Part shown: in pieces, positions 48,345 to 53,506 of the stretch | How positions within the stretch are numbered: position 1 is the stretch's first letter | Layout: each line of letters opens with the position of its first letter | Assembly (NCBI GenBank): GCA_040005555.1 | Contig: JBDTYT010000003.1 | Span: forward strand, 1 to 53,506 | Direction: 5' to 3' | DNA length: 53,506 nt | Source of the DNA: Actinomycetota bacterium | GTDB lineage: Bacteria > Actinomycetota > UBA4738 > HRBIN12 | Notes under the pieces: model-generated | What the model saw: only the letters and a program-made list of their open reading frames with translations | Told to the model about the DNA's origin: nothing | Database searches by the model: none | Program-made: the position numbers and the translations under genes

Positions 48345-49472
48345 TCATCTCGCGACCTTCGCGGCCTCCTTCAAGAAGAGGGCGTGTTGGGTCCGAACCT
48401 CCTCCCGAGACGCGAGCACCGCGTCTTCGACGTCGGGCGGCAGCGTGCGCGACTCGATGAGCGCGTTCACCTTCGCGGGGTCGACCGAGAGCACCCGCTC
48501 CCATAGACCGAGCGGCTCGAGGACAGAACGCAGCTTCGCCTCGTCGGGGGCGGTGATGTGCTGGGGGCGCCGGTCGATCGCGGCGCCGTCCGTGCCGAAG
48601 AGCCGCCGGTAGTTGTGCTCGTCGCAGAACGCATTGATGAGCCCGGCGAGCTCATCGATGCGACGGTAGACCCGGCGGCCGTCTCGCTTGAGTCCGATCC
48701 ACTCGTCGACGACCTCGGTCATCCGGGGCGCTGGGTCACCGTTGCGCCGCTCCTCGCGGTGGCGGAAGACCGGGCAGAGGGGTTGGAACTCGCACCAGTC
48801 GCAGAGCGGGTTCTCGCGCGGCTCGAACATGCCGGCCCCGATCCGCTCGGCGACCGTCCCGATGCGCCGGCGCAGATCCTCCGCGTCGGCCGCCGTGCGG
48901 GTGGTGCTCATCCGCTGCCCGGGGAGCAGGTAGTAGAGCGTGAGTCGCTCAGGCTCGATCCCCCAGACCTCTTTCGCGGCCACCGCGTAGATCGAAAGCT
49001 GCAGGTCTCGGTCGATCCGCTCCTGGGGTGGGAGACGCCGATTCGTCTTGTAGTCGATGATCTCGTAGCCGCCCCCCGGGATCCGGTCCATGCGGTCGAT
49101 CACCCCGGCGAGCTGGACCCCTTCGATGTCGATGGTGAAGCGGAACTCGAGCGCCGCAGGTATCCGGTAGGTCGGCGCGTTCTCGCGGTGGTACTGCGCG
49201 AGCACCTGACGCCCATGGTCCAGGTACATCCGTTCCTCCGAGGGATCTGAGAAACCGTCGCGCACCCACACGGACTCGAGCATCTCCTGGAGCTCGTCGA
49301 CCGACGGAGCGACCGGGACCGGCCGGCTGTGGAACCGGTGCAGGGCCTGGTGCAGCGAGTCGCCGAACGCGAGGGCGGGGGAGGGTGAGGTGGGCAGACG
49401 ATCCTCGTACTGGAACTTGAACTTCTGGGGACAGGTTTCGTAGGTGTTGATGCTCGAGTACGAAAGCCGCAT
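48345..49472 (-). CDS. PD-(D/E)XK RecB/Cas4-like nuclease with probable 4Fe-4S cluster and C-terminal extension
   Basis: LSYS.I.TY..CP, G...H, GVIDRMD, IIDYKT, QL.IY, CDWCEFQPLC. Confidence 0.88.
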   Translation of the reverse strand: MRLSYSSINTYETCPQKFKFQYEDRLPTSPSPALAFGDSLHQALHRFHSRPVPVAPSVDELQEMLESVWVRDGFSDPSEERMYLDHGRQVLAQYHRENAPTYRIPAALEFRFTIDIEGVQLAGVIDRMDRIPGGGYEIIDYKTNRRLPPQERIDRDLQLSIYAVAAKEVWGIEPERLTLYYLLPGQRMSTTRTAADAEDLRRRIGTVAERIGAGMFEPRENPLCDWCEFQPLCPVFRHREERRNGDPAPRMTEVVDEWIGLKRDGRRVYRRIDELAGLINAFCDEHNYRRLFGTDGAAIDRRPQHITAPDEAKLRSVLEPLGLWERVLSVDPAKVNALIESRTLPPDVEDAVLASREEVRTQHALFLKEAAKVAR

Positions 49473-49556
49473 GGGATCCGTTTCGCCTGACCTCGTCGGT
49501 TGCCTCGGGGGTCGAGTGAGTTTATCCTTCGAGGTCCTGGAATCACAAGTACGTAA

Positions 49557-49576
49557 TTCTCCACAGGTTTCCCACA
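49557..49576 (+). promoter_or_regulatory. Tandem DnaA-box-like 9-mers upstream of dnaE
   Basis: TTCTCCACA (49557-49565) and TTTCCCACA (49568-49576) versus consensus TT(A/G)TCCACA. Confidence 0.5.
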
Positions 49577-49634
49577 GCCGGGGCGGGCGGGGCTCCTGGG
49601 AGCTTCCCCCCGAGCCGAACGCGAGGGTTGCCCG

Positions 49635-52598
49635 TTGACCGGATCGAGCTTCGTCCATCTCCACACCCACACGGAGTTCTCGCTGCTGGACGGCGCATCG
49701 CGCATCGACGCGCTCTTCCAGCGTGCCCGTGAGTACGACATGCCGGCGCTGGCCATCACCGACCACGGCGCCATGTTCGGGGCGCTCCAGTTCTACGAGG
49801 CGGGCAACGCGGCGGGTGTGAACCCCATCGTCGGGGTGGAGACCTACGTCGCCCCTGCCTCGCGGTTCGAGCGGGCACCCGGCGAGAGCGAGGAGAAGTA
49901 CCGCCACCTCACGATCCTCGCGCGGGATGAGACCGGCTATCGGAACCTGCTGCGTCTGGTCACGGACGCCCACCTCGAGGGCTTCTACCATCGGCCGCGC
50001 ATCGATAAGGAGCTCCTCGCACAGCGCTCCGAGGGCCTGATCGGCCTCTCAGGGTGCCTGGCCTCGGAGGTATCACAGCTCCTCCTGCAGGGCCAGGACC
50101 GCAGGGCCGCCGAGGTCGCCGGCTCGTACCGTGACATCTTCGGTCCAGATCGTTTCTTCATCGAGCTGCAGGACCACGGCCTGCCCGAGCAGCGGCAGAT
50201 CCTGCCCAAGCTGATCGAACTCGCGGATGCGACCGGCCTTCGCCTCGTCGCGACGAACGACCTGCATTACACCGAGAAGGTGGACGCCAAACCCCACGAC
50301 GTCTTGCTGTGCATCCAGCAGCAGAAGGTGCAGACCGACACGAACCGATTGCGCTTCGACTCGGACGAGTTCTATCTGAAGAGCGCCGACGCGATGCGCG
50401 AGGTGTTCCGGGAGCGGCCCGACGCCTGCGACAACACCTTGCTCGTCGCCGAGATGTGCGACCTGCAGCTCCGCTACGGCGAGCTCCACCTGCCTCGGTT
50501 CGAGCCTCCCGACGGCGAGCCGCTCGAGGTGTACCTGCGGCGACTCGTGCTCGAAGGGGCTGCCGTGCGGTACGGCGAGCTCACCCCCGAGGTCATGACC
50601 CGCGTCGATCACGAGCTCGAGGTCATCCGAACGATGGGGTTCTCCGGCTACTTCCTCATCGTGTGGGACCTCATCCGGTTCGCTCGCGAGAGCGGCATCC
50701 GCGTGGGACCGGGCCGGGGCTCGGCCGCCGGCTCCGTGGTCTCGTACGCACTGCGGATCACGGACCTGGACCCCCTGAAATACGGCCTCATCTTCGAGCG
50801 GTTCTTGAACCCGGATCGCAAGCAGATGCCCGACATCGACATGGACTTCGACGAGCGCCGGCGGGACGAGGTCATCCGCTACGTGGCCGCGAAGTACGGG
50901 TCGGATCACGTGGCGCAGATCATCACGTTCCAGACGATCAAGGGAAAGCAGGGGATCCGCGACGCCGCGCGCGTGCTCGGGTTCCCGGCCAGCGTCGGTG
51001 ACCGCCTCTGCAAGATGTACCCCCCGGCGGTACTCGGCCGTGAGAAGTCGATCGAGGACGCGCTGAAGGAGTCGCCCGAGCTCGCCGACGCCTACGCGAA
51101 AGAGCCCGAGTCGACCGAGATCGTCGATACGGCTCGGGCGCTCGAAGGCCTCCGCCGCGAGGACTCGGTCCATGCCGCCGGGGTCGTGATCGGCGACGCC
51201 CCGCTCGTGAACTACCTGCCGTTGAAACTCTCGAAAGACTCACGCGATGATTCGCGACGCATCGTCACGCAGTTCGACATGCACGGGGTCGAGAAGCTCG
51301 GCCTGTTGAAGATGGACTTCCTCGGGCTGCGGAACCTGTCGGTCATCGAGGACACGCTCGGGCTCCTGCGGCGCACGAGCGTCGAGCTCGACATCGACCA
51401 CGTCCCGCTGGACGATCCCGGTGTCTACCAGATGCTGCAGGCGGGCGACACGACGGGCGTGTTCCAGATGGAGAGCCCGGGGATGCGCTCGCTCATCAAG
51501 CTCCTCGCGCCCGATCGCTTCGAGGACATCATGGCCCTCGTGGCCCTGTACCGGCCCGGCCCGCTGAACGCCGGGATGCACACCGAATACGCGGAGCGCA
51601 AGCACGGGCGCCGCAAGGTCCAGTACGCGCACCCCAACCTCGAAGACATCTTGCGCGGCACGTACGGGGTCATGGTCTACCAGGAGCAGATCATGCAGAT
51701 CGCCGTCCGCATGGCGGACTACTCCATGGGACAGGCCGACGAGCTGCGGCGTGTCATGTCGAAGAAGAAGCGCGAGCTCATCGGGGCCGAGCGCGAGAAG
51801 TTCGCGGCCGGGTGTGCAGAACAGGGGTATTCGGAGCGGCTGGCGAAGGAGCTCTTCGATCAGATCGAGCCGTTCGCCGACTACGGCTTCCCGGCGGCGC
51901 ACGCCTGCGCGTACGGCTACGTCGCGTATCAGACCGCGTACCTGAAGCACCACCATCCCGTCGAGTACATGTCGGCCGTCCTCACGAGCGTGAAGGACGA
52001 CAAGGACAAGAAGCCCTTCTACCTGAACGCCTGCCGGCTCATGGGCCTGCACGTCCTGCCGCCCGATGTGAACGAGTCCGAGCTGGACTTCTCGCCGGCG
52101 CTCGGCAACGAGCGCCAGATCCGCTATGGCCTCTCGGCCGTCCGCAACGTGGGTACCGGCGCCGTGACGCAGATCATCGAGTCGCGTCGTTCGAAGGGTG
52201 CGTTCACGGGATTCGCCGACTTCTGCCGCAAGGTCGATCCGGGGGTCCTCACGAAGAAGGTCATCGAGAGCCTCGTCCTCGCCGGCGCGTTCGACTCGCT
52301 CGGCTACACGCGGCGGGGTCTGCACGAGCATCAGGAGAAGGTGTCGGCGCCGATCGCCGCCGAGCGCAAGGCCGAGGCGCTCGGCCAGTTCTCTCTCTTC
52401 GGCGGCAGCGAGCGGGCCGCGAGCGAGATCGACGAGTCCGTCGTACGAGGTCCCGAGTTCGACAAGCGCACGCTGCTGCGCCTCGAGAAGGAGATGCTCG
52501 GACAGTTCGTGACCGATCACCCACTGCTCGAGATCAAAGATGCCATGGCGGCTCAGGCCGACATGGAGATCGGCGACGTCGCCGCGCTCGGAGACTGA
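49635..52598 (+). CDS. dnaE: Replicative DNA polymerase III alpha subunit, N-terminal part (PHP to clamp-binding motif); ends at an in-frame TGA
   Basis: Intact PHP (HLHTHTEFSLLDG, TDHG, TND.HY), GPGRGSAAGS, PDIDMDF, HAAGVVI, KMDFLGL, QFSLF, EKEMLG.FV.DHPL. Confidence 0.93.
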   Translation: MTGSSFVHLHTHTEFSLLDGASRIDALFQRAREYDMPALAITDHGAMFGALQFYEAGNAAGVNPIVGVETYVAPASRFERAPGESEEKYRHLTILARDETGYRNLLRLVTDAHLEGFYHRPRIDKELLAQRSEGLIGLSGCLASEVSQLLLQGQDRRAAEVAGSYRDIFGPDRFFIELQDHGLPEQRQILPKLIELADATGLRLVATNDLHYTEKVDAKPHDVLLCIQQQKVQTDTNRLRFDSDEFYLKSADAMREVFRERPDACDNTLLVAEMCDLQLRYGELHLPRFEPPDGEPLEVYLRRLVLEGAAVRYGELTPEVMTRVDHELEVIRTMGFSGYFLIVWDLIRFARESGIRVGPGRGSAAGSVVSYALRITDLDPLKYGLIFERFLNPDRKQMPDIDMDFDERRRDEVIRYVAAKYGSDHVAQIITFQTIKGKQGIRDAARVLGFPASVGDRLCKMYPPAVLGREKSIEDALKESPELADAYAKEPESTEIVDTARALEGLRREDSVHAAGVVIGDAPLVNYLPLKLSKDSRDDSRRIVTQFDMHGVEKLGLLKMDFLGLRNLSVIEDTLGLLRRTSVELDIDHVPLDDPGVYQMLQAGDTTGVFQMESPGMRSLIKLLAPDRFEDIMALVALYRPGPLNAGMHTEYAERKHGRRKVQYAHPNLEDILRGTYGVMVYQEQIMQIAVRMADYSMGQADELRRVMSKKKRELIGAEREKFAAGCAEQGYSERLAKELFDQIEPFADYGFPAAHACAYGYVAYQTAYLKHHHPVEYMSAVLTSVKDDKDKKPFYLNACRLMGLHVLPPDVNESELDFSPALGNERQIRYGLSAVRNVGTGAVTQIIESRRSKGAFTGFADFCRKVDPGVLTKKVIESLVLAGAFDSLGYTRRGLHEHQEKVSAPIAAERKAEALGQFSLFGGSERAASEIDESVVRGPEFDKRTLLRLEKEMLGQFVTDHPLLEIKDAMAAQADMEIGDVAALGD

Positions 52599-52604
52599 GA
52601 CCTC

Positions 52605-53189
52605 GTGACCGTGGGCGGGATCGTCGCGGCGGTGCAGCGCAAGTACACGAAGAAGGGCGAGCCGTACGCGGTGTTCCGGATCGAGGATCTGGCGGGCGGC
52701 GTCTCGGCGATCGCGTTCCCATCGGTGTACGAGCTCGTCCCGACCCTGATCGAGATCGACGCCATCGTCCTCGTGAAGGGGCGCGTGGACCTGCGCGGGC
52801 GGGAGCTCCAGCTGCGCGTCGTGGAGATCCGAGAGCCCGACCTCGGCGGACCCACGGTCCAGGCGATGCCGCAAGGCCTCCTCGTGGTCGATCTGGCCGC
52901 GGCGAGCTGCACGAACGCCGTGATCGCGAAGCTGAAGGAGCTGCTCGGCGCGCACCCAGGCACCACGCCTGTGCACGTCCGGTTCCTCTCCTCGAACGGG
53001 GTGACCCCACTCGAGGTCGGAAGCTTCCGCGTGAACCCCGGGCCCGGGTTGCTCTCGGAGCTCCGATTGCTGCTCGGGGCGCGGGCGGCACGCCTGGAGC
53101 CGGTCCTTGCCGTTCCCGCCACGCCGATCGTGAGCGTCCCCGAAGCGGAGCAGGTTCCCGCGGGGATCCACCGACCGACCGCCGGGTAG
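52605..53189 (+). CDS. dnaE: DnaE C-terminal part (OB fold plus C-terminal domain), same frame as 49635..52598
   Basis: VTVGGIV..VQRKYTKKG.PYA.F.IEDL.G....IAFP.VY, LKELL.AHPG.TPV; in frame across TGA 52596-52598. Confidence 0.85.
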   Translation: MTVGGIVAAVQRKYTKKGEPYAVFRIEDLAGGVSAIAFPSVYELVPTLIEIDAIVLVKGRVDLRGRELQLRVVEIREPDLGGPTVQAMPQGLLVVDLAAASCTNAVIAKLKELLGAHPGTTPVHVRFLSSNGVTPLEVGSFRVNPGPGLLSELRLLLGARAARLEPVLAVPATPIVSVPEAEQVPAGIHRPTAG

Positions 53190-53198
53190 GTTCCCGCG

Positions 53199-53506
53199 AT
53201 GTCCCTGCAGGTCATCCCCGCGATCGACATCGCCGCAGGGCGGTTGGCGCGGCTCTCGGCCAAGGGCATCGTGCCGGTCGACGCGTACGGCGGTGACCCC
53301 GTCGCCGCGGCGCGCGCCTTCGTGGAAGCGGGGCCGTCGTGGATCCACGTCGTCGACCTCGACATGGCCCTGACCGGGGAGGCGCGGAACCTCGCGACCC
53401 TCACCGACATCGCGTCACTCGGTGTTCCCATCCAAGCGAGCGGCGGCATCACTACGGAGCTTCAGGTGGATGAGGCGCTCTCGGCGGGGGCCTCGCGCGC
53501 GGTCGT
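53199..53506 (+). CDS. hisA: HisA/PriA-family isomerase, 5' part (truncated by window end)
   Basis: Manual translation: MSLQVIPAIDIAAGR, DPVAAA, WIHVVDLD, IQASGGI. Confidence 0.82.
   Translation, partial: MSLQVIPAIDIAAGRLARLSAKGIVPVDAYGGDPVAAARAFVEAGPSWIHVVDLDMALTGEARNLATLTDIASLGVPIQASGGITTELQVDEALSAGASRAV

Noticed and set aside
48345-49472. CRISPR-Cas locus suggested by the Cas4-like nuclease and the HNH gene
   Set aside because: No repeat-spacer array, cas1 or cas2 anywhere in the window
52596-52598. Selenocysteine or genome-wide UGA recoding
   Set aside because: The position is a Gly-like linker, no bacterial SECIS hairpin is evident, and TGA terminates most genes here, including in ATGA overlaps

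Overview
High-GC chromosomal window from an actinobacterium. Gene order and signals suggest a deep-branching Actinomycetota lineage: Gram-positive/actinobacterial SOS box, PASTA kinase, sepF/divIVA, murB inside the dcw cluster, no ftsA, and a full-length T-box. Left to right it holds: a PASTA Ser/Thr kinase (truncated); thiE plus an AIR-synthase-family gene behind what looks like half a TPP riboswitch; GNAT; PfkB kinase; UDP-sulfoquinovose synthase plus a DUF2304-GT2 fusion; a cysteine desulfurase-like gene; DUF402; fused FTCD; SnoaL; a LexA-box-controlled cassette (stand-alone ImuB-C/DUF6504-like protein, MBL hydrolase, DnaE2, DinB); DUF3040; a MerR regulator; TgpA/DUF58/MoxR; HNH; the dcw cluster (mraZ to divIVA); ileS with its T-box; dksA-like, lspA, rluD; a Cas4/AddB-like Fe-S nuclease; dnaE1 interrupted by one in-frame TGA; and the start of hisA. 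Best leads: (1) the SOS mutasome variant without imuA/imuB; (2) two strongly base-paired in-frame insertions in dnaE2; (3) the dnaE1 stop at a domain boundary; (4) an unannotated 38-aa membrane microprotein coupled to mraZ; (5) a 19-bp motif shared by the MerR and ftsZ promoters; (6) a repeated intergenic hairpin with compensatory stem changes. No rRNA, tRNA, CRISPR array or transposase was seen. All family calls are by motif recognition only; no searches were run.
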